DNA of 51,673 bases, taken from NCBI GenBank assembly GCA_016931775.1, contig JAFGEC010000232.1, positions 1-51,673 on the forward strand, in the 5' to 3' direction. Source of the stretch: Candidatus Zhuqueibacterota bacterium (lineage in GTDB: Bacteria > Zhuqueibacterota > Zhuqueibacteria > Residuimicrobiales > JAFGEC01). Shown here in pieces: positions 36,236 to 45,755 of this stretch; within the stretch, counting starts at the first letter, position 1; the number at the start of each line of letters is the position of its first letter. The notes under the pieces were generated by a model, which was given only the letters and a program-made list of their open reading frames with translations, was not told the origin of the DNA and did not search any database. The translations under genes were made by a program, and so were the position numbers.

Positions 36236-37185
36236 AAAGTATCAAATACATAATTTTTGTTTTCATCGTGCTGATTGCAGTGATTTATTTTTATTTCAAT
36301 GGTGATAAACTTAAATTGCTCATCCGTATAAACTGGTTGGATGCGGTGATTTTGTTCATTTTTGTTTTTTTATCTTTCCTGGTTCTGTCTTATCAATTTT
36401 ATTATTACATGCGGATATTTAAAATTAGACTTTTATTTAGGGAATATTTTGGTCTGACGGTTTGCAGTACCATGTTCAACTATTATCTGCCCGCCCGTGG
36501 TGGTCTGGTAGCCAGAGCGTTTTATCTTAAAAAAAAGCATGGTTTTTATTATTCCCACTATACCTCGTTGATTGTCGGATCATATTTAATTACATATAAC
36601 ACCACTGCCCTGTTTGGACTCATTGTCGGTATTATTCTCTATATAAATGGACTTCAAAATCAGCTCAATCTGATCTTCATTTTTACTTTTTTGCTTGTAG
36701 TATCACTTGCAGGAACCACTATTTTACTCATTATTGTTCGTAAAAAACGGTTCGCCGGCCGCAGTAAGGTGAGCAATTTTTTTAGCCGTGTTAAAAACGG
36801 ATTAAAATATTTCCGCCAGAATCGGCACTTGATCCTAAATATTATATCGATCAATTTACTGTTCATTGTTGTTATGGCATTACGTCTTTACTGGAGTTTT
36901 TGTAGTCTTGATATAAGCGTCAACTTTTTCCAGATTTTTTGCGTGAGTGCGCTGGCAAATTTTACCATGGTCATATCGATTACACCGGCTAATTTGGGCA
37001 TCAGAGAGGGGATCGTCGGTTTTTCGGCGAGTTTACTGGGTGTTGAACTACCGGATGCCATACTTGCGGCAGCTCTGGATCGGTTAGCCGGTATGATTTT
37101 TAATTTTGCTTTCGGACTGTATTACAGCCGGCTATTACTGCATGATGTGAACTGGAAAAGGAAACCGGATATAATGGATAACTAA
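36232..37185 (+). CDS. UPF0104 / lysyl-PG-synthase-TM-like 'flippase-like' membrane protein (second copy)
   Basis: 317 aa, ~8 TM helices. NYYLPARGG and TPANLGIREG loops are typical of the family. Confidence 0.65.
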   Translation: MKSIKYIIFVFIVLIAVIYFYFNGDKLKLLIRINWLDAVILFIFVFLSFLVLSYQFYYYMRIFKIRLLFREYFGLTVCSTMFNYYLPARGGLVARAFYLKKKHGFYYSHYTSLIVGSYLITYNTTALFGLIVGIILYINGLQNQLNLIFIFTFLLVVSLAGTTILLIIVRKKRFAGRSKVSNFFSRVKNGLKYFRQNRHLILNIISINLLFIVVMALRLYWSFCSLDISVNFFQIFCVSALANFTMVISITPANLGIREGIVGFSASLLGVELPDAILAAALDRLAGMIFNFAFGLYYSRLLLHDVNWKRKPDIMDN

Positions 37186-37191
37186 TTCATC

Positions 37192-38565
37192 ATGGATTTT
37201 TTGTCATTTTTATACATGGGTTTTGGTTTCTTCATTTCAATTAATCAGGGCGTGACGATGATAATCGGCGTTCGATCCAATGGTCTTATTTTGGGTGCCG
37301 ATGTGTTGATGCCGGTGGATCTCTTTGTCTATTTGATATTAATTTTTGCAAAAAATAAAAGCCGCCAATCAAAATATTATTTGATGGTCGTGAGTGCTAA
37401 AATTCTCGCCATTCTATTTCTTTTAATTTCAGTAAGCGGTGTTTTTTTTGCTGATGAACCAGTGCTGGTGAAATTTCAACTGGTGCATTTAACAAGAGCC
37501 ATTTTGATTTTTTATTGTATTGCCAGCAGATTGCACGATTATAAACATATGAGATATTTTATTATCGGATTATTATGGGGATTGGGCTTTCAGTGTTTCA
37601 TCGGATTTTATCAGTGGCAATTCGGTCCAATCACTATACCGTTTCTTGAAACTGGGTACGGATTTAGAGTGACCGGAACAATGGAAGTTACCAATGCGTA
37701 TGGCGCATACCTCGTTTCAATGATACCCATACTCGCCAGGGTGATGCTGTTTACCGATTTGAAACCGAAAATAATTTATTATGTATTTGCCGCATGGGGG
37801 CTTGGCGCCCTGTATGCAACCTACACACGCGGTGCTTGGTTGGCTTTTATGGGATCCATGGTGTTTTTTTTCGGGAAGGAATTTTTAGGTAAAAAAGTGA
37901 ACATGAAAAAAAAGTTATTAGTGATCGGATTGAGCGTTGTGGTTTTTTCAACCGTTGTGGTAAAATATGGAGATATTATCGTCAAACGGATGGAGAATTC
38001 AAAACAATCCTTGACGGCGGATGCAAAGCAAAGCCGTATGAGTCTGGCCAAGGATGCTATGCGTGTCATTTCAGAACATAAACTTTTTGGCGTTGGCCTG
38101 GAGCACTATCGATTTTACTCCGATCCGGAAATTCCCGGACTTCGGATTGTGCACAATGCCTTTTTACTTATTGCCGCAGAACAGGGTATTTTAAACTTTA
38201 TTATTTTTGTTACCTTACATCTTATAGTTGGAATAGGGGCGCTTAAAATATTCAAATTTCGTGATCCGTTTCTCTATCATGTCGGCATGGGAACCTTTAC
38301 CGCTTTTATCGGCCTTTTGGTATATCATATGGTCGCACCCGACTATCGGATGATCGGCGTCTTGTTACAGCATTGGCGGCTGCCGGGAATGATTTTAGCA
38401 TTGCTTGTTTGTAACGATCTCACCGAAAAAAGAAAAACCAAAAAACGACGGCAGATGGCGATGGCCGGTGTGTCGGGTAACGATGTAAAGAAACCTGCTT
38501 CAGAATTATCTCCAGTCGATATCCAACGACGGTATATGAAAAGGTTTCCTCATAACGAACTTTGA
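37192..38565 (+). CDS. O-antigen ligase/polymerase family (Wzy_C domain) membrane protein
   Basis: 457 aa, ~10-12 TM helices. TYTRGAWLAF followed by a periplasmic loop containing HNAFL (Wzy_C-like signature). Confidence 0.75.
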   Translation: MDFLSFLYMGFGFFISINQGVTMIIGVRSNGLILGADVLMPVDLFVYLILIFAKNKSRQSKYYLMVVSAKILAILFLLISVSGVFFADEPVLVKFQLVHLTRAILIFYCIASRLHDYKHMRYFIIGLLWGLGFQCFIGFYQWQFGPITIPFLETGYGFRVTGTMEVTNAYGAYLVSMIPILARVMLFTDLKPKIIYYVFAAWGLGALYATYTRGAWLAFMGSMVFFFGKEFLGKKVNMKKKLLVIGLSVVVFSTVVVKYGDIIVKRMENSKQSLTADAKQSRMSLAKDAMRVISEHKLFGVGLEHYRFYSDPEIPGLRIVHNAFLLIAAEQGILNFIIFVTLHLIVGIGALKIFKFRDPFLYHVGMGTFTAFIGLLVYHMVAPDYRMIGVLLQHWRLPGMILALLVCNDLTEKRKTKKRRQMAMAGVSGNDVKKPASELSPVDIQRRYMKRFPHNEL

Positions 38566-40028
38566 ATATTATGGCACAAATTCATAAAAATATAAGTTTT
38601 GCCGGTATCGGTCAATTTCTGTATACAATTCTGGCTTTTATCCTGATACCTTTTGCCACACGTTATCTGGATAACGACGGTTATGGATTGTATACTTTAG
38701 CCGCCACTTTGGGTTTTTTTATAACGATGGCCGGTGACCTGGGTCTGTCCACATTACTGACCCGTGAAATTTCAAAAAACCGACGCCCTGCATCGCGTTT
38801 GTTTTTTTGCGCCAATGGTATCAAAACGGCAACAACTCCGATAGCCGTCGGTGTATTGTTGATTTATCTCAAACTGGGTGGATTTGATGCCATCGGTATA
38901 CAGGCAATTCTCATTTTTGCCCTCTCTTCCATTTTTAGTGCATTTACACAGGCCATTTTTGCGGTTTTTAGGGGCTTTGAAAAAATACAGTATGAAACTT
39001 TGGGCGTTTTTATCGACAAGTTGCTGTCCGTTACACTCGGTATTCTTTTTCTGGTACTTGAATTTGATATACGCGTTTTTATTTCATCTTTTCTGATTGC
39101 TGCTGTGGTCAAGTTTGCTCTTGCACTGTTTTATTTAACAAGAAAATTTATACCTTTCGGTGTCACATTTAATCTCACCCGTTCAAGAGTATTGCTGCGT
39201 ACCGCTGTCCCTTTCGGTATCTCGGTTTTTTTAGCCATGTGCTATAACTACCTGGATATCATCATGCTGTCCGTCATGACGAATCTGAAGGAGGTCGGTT
39301 TATACTCTGTAAGTTATAAACTGTTGTCGCTGACAACGATCATTCCTACAGTACTCACAACCGCGTTTTTACCTCAACTTTCAATCCATTTTCGTGATTC
39401 CAAAACACTGTCAGCGCTTTTTTTGAAAGGCTGCACCTTTCTTTTTATCTTTTCGTTTCCTATGATTCCTTTTGTGTTTTTGCTGCCGAAGGAGATCATT
39501 CTATTAATTTCCGGCCCCGGTTGGGATGGCTCGGATATTGCTTTACAAATTCTCGTTTTTGCTGCATTCGCACAAATGTTAAACAGTTTTTTTGTGCCGT
39601 TATATGCAGCCGTCAATCTCCAAAACAAGATCGTTCGGTATCAAATTATCGGTCTGGTGGTCAATATTGTACTGAACTCAATTCTGATCCCCATAATCTC
39701 CTTCCGTGGTGCTGCAATTGCAACCGTGGCCACTGAATGGATTATTTTAGTTTTTATTTTCCGGTGGGCGCGGCAAAAAATTTTAAAAAAGCATATTCAT
39801 TTACTCGACGGTCGTTTTATATTGAAAATAGCCGCTGCGACGATCCTGATGACCGGTAGTATTTTAATACTGCAACGGATAAGGATAACAGGTATAACAT
39901 TGTTTCTCCTGGTCGCCGGTATTTACCTTTTGGGACTGCAAATTACTGGAGCGATTGGGTTTAAATCTATTTTAAAAAGTGCACGAAAATTTATACAATC
40001 AAAAAGGAAGCAAAGCATTCGTGAATAA
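38562..40028 (+). CDS. Wzx-type (MOP superfamily) oligosaccharide flippase, second copy
   Basis: 488 aa, ~14 TM helices. The real start may be ATG 38571 (MAQIHKNISFAG). Confidence 0.8.
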   Translation: MNIMAQIHKNISFAGIGQFLYTILAFILIPFATRYLDNDGYGLYTLAATLGFFITMAGDLGLSTLLTREISKNRRPASRLFFCANGIKTATTPIAVGVLLIYLKLGGFDAIGIQAILIFALSSIFSAFTQAIFAVFRGFEKIQYETLGVFIDKLLSVTLGILFLVLEFDIRVFISSFLIAAVVKFALALFYLTRKFIPFGVTFNLTRSRVLLRTAVPFGISVFLAMCYNYLDIIMLSVMTNLKEVGLYSVSYKLLSLTTIIPTVLTTAFLPQLSIHFRDSKTLSALFLKGCTFLFIFSFPMIPFVFLLPKEIILLISGPGWDGSDIALQILVFAAFAQMLNSFFVPLYAAVNLQNKIVRYQIIGLVVNIVLNSILIPIISFRGAAIATVATEWIILVFIFRWARQKILKKHIHLLDGRFILKIAAATILMTGSILILQRIRITGITLFLLVAGIYLLGLQITGAIGFKSILKSARKFIQSKRKQSIRE

Positions 40029-40797
40029 AAAAATCGACAGGATTTTTGAATTTTATAAAAAAGAAAAAGCCCTGGTCACATCGCCGTTCATTGAAATAGG
40101 GGGTAAGCTGAACGATGGCTTGCTGTCGGCTGTTTTTACGGCTCTCGGTATCGAAACCAGGGCAAAAATTGTGGTGGATATCGGATGCGGAACAGGTGCA
40201 CTGGCGCGATATTTCAATCATTTTTCTTTTTATGTTGGTATGGATCTTGTTAAACACCCGAGCCTTTCAGGATCGATCGATAATATGCACGTATACAGTC
40301 AGGGAGATGCCCAGCAGCTACCCTTCGCCCGGGAATCCGCCGACCTGGTGGTGTGCTTGGATAGTTTTGAGCATTATCCAGATCAGCTGCGCGCCGCGAA
40401 GCAGTTTTATGATATTATGAAAAAAGGTGGTGTATTGTTCCTTTCTGTTCCCAATTATGCCAATGTTGCCGGATGGGTGAAAAAACGTTTGGAAAAAAGC
40501 GGCCGTTACGAGCCGGATTCTTGGGCTCCGTTTGACTCCTGGAAGCCCGAAGAACTGGAGCAATTTGTTACACCGGCACTTGTAAAAAAGGTGTTTTCCA
40601 GAGCAGGTTTTTCACGTTTTCAGTATATCGGTTACAGAGCTGAAGTCGCCGTCGGCCTGTTCCCGTGGATATGGCATCCCAAAATGCCCGGTAAACTCGA
40701 ACGGTTAATCCGGATGATTTTTAAACCATTTTCCGGAATGATAGTCAACCTGTGGCCTGACTGCAGTTTGCATACGTTTTGGAAAATAGTAAAGTAA
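40021..40797 (+). CDS. Class I SAM-dependent methyltransferase
   Basis: VVDIGCGTGALA motif I, plus DLVVCLDSFEHYPD and GGVLFLSVPN (post-I/II motifs). Start placed at GTG 40021, overlapping the upstream stop by 8 nt, instead of track start 39979. Confidence 0.8.
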   Translation: MNKKIDRIFEFYKKEKALVTSPFIEIGGKLNDGLLSAVFTALGIETRAKIVVDIGCGTGALARYFNHFSFYVGMDLVKHPSLSGSIDNMHVYSQGDAQQLPFARESADLVVCLDSFEHYPDQLRAAKQFYDIMKKGGVLFLSVPNYANVAGWVKKRLEKSGRYEPDSWAPFDSWKPEELEQFVTPALVKKVFSRAGFSRFQYIGYRAEVAVGLFPWIWHPKMPGKLERLIRMIFKPFSGMIVNLWPDCSLHTFWKIVK

Positions 40798-40837
40798 ACC
40801 GGTTTTCTATAAATCCGTAATAAAACAAAGGTTTCAA

Positions 40838-42073
40838 ATGTCGAATAGTAAAAAAAAGATATGCTATTTTAATCATATGGAAGATCTTTTCGGCAGCTCT
40901 ATCGGTTCGACAATCAAGGCGGTCGAGCTGTTGAAACACCTGGAAAAGCACGATTTTGAGGTTTTTTACTATTGGCGGTTTGGCGGACAGGCATCGAGTC
41001 CTCAACAGCAACGAGGATGGCGAAAAGCCCTCAAACACCCGTTGCTGCGTCGTCTTTTTTTTACTCCCAAGTATATGTTACTCAACTTGAAGGAAATGGT
41101 TGCAGAGTACCGATTTATCCGTCGATACCAGCCGGATTTGCTGATTCTGCGCCTCGATTTGTACCGTTTTTCCGTGGTTCTGCTTGCGAAGCTCTTGGGT
41201 ATTCCGCTTGTTTTGGAAGCGGACAGTGCAATGTCTTATGAATGGCTTACTTTTAATAATAAAGACCGCAATATATGGCCGCAATGGCTTTATTTTTTTG
41301 AAAAGTTTTGTTTGAAAAATGCTCGAGCGGTTTTTGCGCAATCTCTGGAAACCCGGCAGTATCTCTCAAAGACTCACGGTTTTCACACCGATGATATAAT
41401 GGTTATAACCAATGGAGCACGGATTTTGCCCAATGAACCGTCCCAAAATTCACGAAAACGGAAGGAACTGGGTATCCCGGAGAACGGACTGGTATGCGGT
41501 TTCCTCGGATCATTGCATTTTTGGCATGGCACGGATTTATTGTATCAACTCATGGACCGGCTTTTAAGAAAAAATCATCGAGTCTGGTTTTTAATTGTGG
41601 GAACCGGCGGCCCCTATGCTGAACAATTCAAACAACACTGTGCGCAAAGTGAATGGTATAACCGTGTGGTATTTGCCGGTTATGTTGAGCATGGTCGGGC
41701 GTATGAATATATCAATCTTTTTGATATCGCTTTGGCGCCATATTCCTCTCAAGGATTGTTTTATTATTCGCCGGTAAAAATATTTGAATATATGGCGCAG
41801 GGGAAACCCGTCATTACGACACGAGTGGGACAAATAGCGCGTCTCGTGCAGCCGGGTGAAAATGGTGTTTTTTTCGATCCGGAAAAACCGGAGGATCTTT
41901 TTGAAAAGACATCGAGTCTTGTAAACAATTCAAAATTGAGGGTGCATGTTGGCCGGAACGCTCGAAATACGATTTTGGAAAACCATACATGGGATCACAA
42001 GGCGGCGCAGCTGGCACAGCTATGTAATAAAGTGATAAAACGCTCTTACATATCCAATGACTCTATTCGATAA
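40838..42073 (+). CDS. GT-B fold glycosyltransferase (GT4-like)
   Basis: 411 aa. The C-terminal SPVKIFEYMAQGKPVITTRVGQIARLV region is typical of GT4. Confidence 0.8.
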   Translation: MSNSKKKICYFNHMEDLFGSSIGSTIKAVELLKHLEKHDFEVFYYWRFGGQASSPQQQRGWRKALKHPLLRRLFFTPKYMLLNLKEMVAEYRFIRRYQPDLLILRLDLYRFSVVLLAKLLGIPLVLEADSAMSYEWLTFNNKDRNIWPQWLYFFEKFCLKNARAVFAQSLETRQYLSKTHGFHTDDIMVITNGARILPNEPSQNSRKRKELGIPENGLVCGFLGSLHFWHGTDLLYQLMDRLLRKNHRVWFLIVGTGGPYAEQFKQHCAQSEWYNRVVFAGYVEHGRAYEYINLFDIALAPYSSQGLFYYSPVKIFEYMAQGKPVITTRVGQIARLVQPGENGVFFDPEKPEDLFEKTSSLVNNSKLRVHVGRNARNTILENHTWDHKAAQLAQLCNKVIKRSYISNDSIR

Positions 42074-42122
42074 TTCGTCAAATTTTTAGTACGCTTTAAG
42101 TGCTTTGTGGTATGTTAATTTC

Positions 42123-42803
42123 TTAAACGAGTTTGTCGGATTTTTCTCCAAACAAAATATTCGAAATGCCGAATAGCGGGATTGTATAGGGCAGCTTTTT
42201 GAGTAGTTTAAATAAAAGGATCGGCGTACGGTTCGGAGTAAACCAGCCTCCGGTTTTAATCATATAATTTTGAATTTCTGCTTTTTCAACCAGCGATCGT
42301 ATGTATCGCGGTGTAAAGCGAAAAGTACCGCGTTCCGCTGGAGTGAGAAGTGCAAAAATTATTTGGGCGGGATTCCATACATTGGGTTCAAAAATTAAAA
42401 TATACCGCCGGCTCACCCTTGTCATTTCACGGACGACGTCGAGGGGTTTTGCGATATGATGCAGTAATTCCCAGCATGTGACCATATCAAATTTTTTGTC
42501 TTGGAAAGGTAGTTTGTATGCATCCGCTAGACATACCCTGTCTTTGGAAGGATTTTTATGAAGCATGGATATGGAAATATCACAACCGAACATGCCTTTC
42601 GTGATATCCTTCATAAACCACATACCGAAACCGTCACCGCATCCTACCTCAAGTATGGAATTGACCGGGTTTTGCAGTAAACCGCTGATAAAATCCATTC
42701 GCTGATTGGAAAAACCCTGTACCACCGGGTGGTGAACTGTTCGCAGATTGGTCGTTACATCCCAAAATTTTTTCTGTTTCGTATCAAAATCAGACATAAT
42801 CAA
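42123..42803 (-). CDS. Class I SAM-dependent methyltransferase (only minus-strand gene in the right-hand 30 kb)
   Basis: 226 aa. ILEVGCGDGFG motif I and FDMVTCWELLHHI motif. Confidence 0.8.
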   Translation of the reverse strand: MIMSDFDTKQKKFWDVTTNLRTVHHPVVQGFSNQRMDFISGLLQNPVNSILEVGCGDGFGMWFMKDITKGMFGCDISISMLHKNPSKDRVCLADAYKLPFQDKKFDMVTCWELLHHIAKPLDVVREMTRVSRRYILIFEPNVWNPAQIIFALLTPAERGTFRFTPRYIRSLVEKAEIQNYMIKTGGWFTPNRTPILLFKLLKKLPYTIPLFGISNILFGEKSDKLV

Positions 42804-42884
42804 AACTGTTGTATTTTAGTTGTAAAATGTTATATTTTATCCGCTAAATGCAATATTTGGTGTATTTTAAATTAATAATTTATT

Positions 42885-44468
42885 ATGAATAAAACCAGTC
42901 GTTTTATGAAAATATTGAAAATTGTCTCAATAGCATTGTTTGTCGTTCTTGTCGTATTTTTGCAATTTTACGGCATAAATTCCCTTGTTTTAAACAGCGA
43001 TGAGTTACATCCTGCACGGACACTTGTCAGCGACGATTGGAGTCTGGTTGATTATCCCTGGCCGGAAGAAGCAACACGAGAGTTTTTTAACGACTGGCCC
43101 ATCCAATTTCCGCCGCTTTTCGGCCTGGCTGTTCGTCTTGCTGTTGTTTTATTCGGGAGCAACCATTTTGCCTTGCGGTTTTTTCCCGCTTTTTTTGCAG
43201 TCCTTGCAGTGGGAGCATCTTTCCTTCTGTACAGGTTATTCGTTTCAACGCCGTGGGCTTTCACCGGTGCTGTTATAATGGGCGTTATGTCTGACAAACT
43301 CATGTGGTATGCCAAGTGCTTGAAACATTATACGGCCGATGTGCTTTTTACCGTTCTGCTTTTATATTTTGGCAAGATGGCACTGGATCGTAATCGGATT
43401 TTATACTGGATACTATTTTCGGTTACCGCATCCGTTGCGATATGGGTGGCATTCGGATCCGTATTTGTGGCCGGTGCTGTGTTTGTGGCCGTTTTTTATA
43501 AATGGATTGTCCTGGATCACCAATCTGGTGGTTGGAAAAAAATAATTAGCGGCGGCCTGCTGTTTGCATGTTCTCTTGCCGCTCTTTATTTCATTAATAT
43601 CTCTAAAGCGGTTTCCAACCCGGTGTTTTTGCAGGCTTGGGATCTGCAAACTTTTGTGGGGAGCCGGGCGTCCGATTTTGGCTATCTGTTACGATTTTTC
43701 CTTCACAAGGGTTATCACATTTTACTTCTTCCATACTATTTTTTTGAAGATAATTATGCGTTTGCTGTTCCGGCGAATCTATGTATCATTATTTATTTTG
43801 TATATGCAGTAAAAAAGCGCCAATGGACGAATCTGAAGTTGTTTCTTTTGCCTCTGGTGTTCGTATTGTTATTATCCACAATGGGGAAGTATCCGTTTTC
43901 TGCAGGACGGTTGTCTCTGTTTTTGCTGCCGATTTGGATTCTTTTGATACTTTTAGGATTACGGCAGGTTTTTCGTTATTTATACCGGCGGAATAAATAC
44001 TTACTCTATGCTGTTACTTCAATTTGCGTCGCTTTGTCATTGTTTCTGGTGTATACAAATGTTGTCAAAGTTTCACATCAAAAATATGCAGGTGGGCGTC
44101 GGGTGGATCAAATGATTTTTGCCTTGAAAGAAAACGCCCGCGATCAGGATACCGTTTTTTTACACTGGGGAGCCATTCTGCCGTTTTATTTTTACTATAC
44201 GGATCATAAACCCGGCTACCAAAAACAGTATCCTGTTGACCATTTGGGCACAATAAACGTGATTTACGGTGAGGAACATACCCTGTTTCCGCAAAATGAG
44301 GAAGCCCAGTTCGAGCGGGTAGTGAATGTGCCCGGACGGCTTTGGATTGTTTTCGGCCATTTATGGCCCTCTGATGATATGAAAAAATTAGTTGATATGC
44401 TGGATAACCGCAGAGTGAGGCTGCAAAAATTCGAATTTAAAGGATGTGTACTCTTTCTTTACGATTAA
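42885..44468 (+). CDS. GT-C fold glycosyltransferase-like membrane protein (ArnT/PMT_2-like)
   Basis: 527 aa, ~10 TM helices plus a soluble C-terminal domain. The first-loop motif LNSDELHPARTL follows TM1. Confidence 0.65.
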   Translation: MNKTSRFMKILKIVSIALFVVLVVFLQFYGINSLVLNSDELHPARTLVSDDWSLVDYPWPEEATREFFNDWPIQFPPLFGLAVRLAVVLFGSNHFALRFFPAFFAVLAVGASFLLYRLFVSTPWAFTGAVIMGVMSDKLMWYAKCLKHYTADVLFTVLLLYFGKMALDRNRILYWILFSVTASVAIWVAFGSVFVAGAVFVAVFYKWIVLDHQSGGWKKIISGGLLFACSLAALYFINISKAVSNPVFLQAWDLQTFVGSRASDFGYLLRFFLHKGYHILLLPYYFFEDNYAFAVPANLCIIIYFVYAVKKRQWTNLKLFLLPLVFVLLLSTMGKYPFSAGRLSLFLLPIWILLILLGLRQVFRYLYRRNKYLLYAVTSICVALSLFLVYTNVVKVSHQKYAGGRRVDQMIFALKENARDQDTVFLHWGAILPFYFYYTDHKPGYQKQYPVDHLGTINVIYGEEHTLFPQNEEAQFERVVNVPGRLWIVFGHLWPSDDMKKLVDMLDNRRVRLQKFEFKGCVLFLYD

Positions 44469-44514
44469 TTGTAAACTGACCGGCTCCTCAATGATGTAGA
44501 AAAATAAATATTTT

Positions 44515-45675
44515 ATGAAGTCGAAACGAAAAATAAACGTCATGCAACTGATCGAAGGTTTCGGATTGGGTGGCGCTGAAAAAAAAGTGTGTGAATTGAT
44601 CGCACGCATGGATCCCGATCGGTTCAATACCGTGGTCTGTTCATTCGGGATCTGTGAGGAAATCCGTGATTTTTTTACCGATTTGAATGTCAAGGTATAC
44701 ACATTACCAAGATATCAACAATTCGATATCTCGCTCATTTGGCGACTGCGCCAGGTCATCCGGCGTGAAAAAATCGATATCATCATGTCGACGTTGTTTC
44801 ATGCGGATTTTTGGGGCGCTCTGGTTGGTAAATGGGCAGGTGCAAAAGCGGTTTTTTCCTGGGAAACCATTTCATCACCTGAATGGCTGATTCCGAGGCG
44901 TTTATATCCATATCGCCTGGTCATCCGGCTTGCCGACAAGGTGATTTCCGTTTCCCATGCGACGGCACACTGGCTGGAGGAAAAACGCGGTGTGCCCCGA
45001 AGCCGGATTGAGGTCATTCCGTACGGGGTAGATTTGTGCACTTATAAAAACGGCGATGAACCACAATTGCGTAATGAAATCGGCTTACGCAAGGAAAATA
45101 TCGTTATAGGAATGGTTGGCCGGTTGGTTCTTCAAAAAGGGCATATGTACCTTATCGAGGCAGCCGAATCTGTTGTGAAGGAATTCCCGCAGGTAAGGTT
45201 CGTTCTGGTGGGTGACGGCCCGTTGCGAAACGAAATCGAAAATCGTGTCATGGAAAAAGGCCTGCAAGACTATTTCCTGTTGTTGGGAATCCGGCATGAC
45301 GTACCTCAACTCTTACGCGAGTTTGATATTTTTTGTTTGCCCTCTCTGTTTGAGGGATTGCCCAATGTCATTTTAGAGGCCATGGCTTCGGGTTTGCCGG
45401 TGGTCGCAACCCATGTGGACGGCACCAAAGAAGCGGTTGTTCCCAAGGAAACCGGTTTGTTGATTCCACCCAAAAATCCATCCGAACTCGTACGCGCGCT
45501 TAAAATTCTGCTTTCCGACCCGCAAAAAGCCGCTGCTATGGGCAGGGCCGGCCGGAAACGGGTTGAAAAGTACTTTTCGCTGGAAGGACAAGTGAAAAGT
45601 TTTGAGAAATTGTATGAAACGTATACCTTTCGGGAAAAAACGCTTTCAACAGATGACGGTTTGAACTGGCCCTGA
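44515..45675 (+). CDS. GT-B fold glycosyltransferase (GT4-like)
   Basis: 386 aa. N-terminal LIEGFGLGGAEK and C-terminal LPSLFEGLPNVILEAMASGLPVVATHVDGTKE (E-x7-E). Confidence 0.85.
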   Translation: MKSKRKINVMQLIEGFGLGGAEKKVCELIARMDPDRFNTVVCSFGICEEIRDFFTDLNVKVYTLPRYQQFDISLIWRLRQVIRREKIDIIMSTLFHADFWGALVGKWAGAKAVFSWETISSPEWLIPRRLYPYRLVIRLADKVISVSHATAHWLEEKRGVPRSRIEVIPYGVDLCTYKNGDEPQLRNEIGLRKENIVIGMVGRLVLQKGHMYLIEAAESVVKEFPQVRFVLVGDGPLRNEIENRVMEKGLQDYFLLLGIRHDVPQLLREFDIFCLPSLFEGLPNVILEAMASGLPVVATHVDGTKEAVVPKETGLLIPPKNPSELVRALKILLSDPQKAAAMGRAGRKRVEKYFSLEGQVKSFEKLYETYTFREKTLSTDDGLNWP

Positions 45676-45755
45676 AGCAGTAGAAGATTTCCTGCTTTCA
45701 CCACATCACAAAAAATTTAATCTGGCTGCGATTGTTATAGTTCCGGAAATATCCA

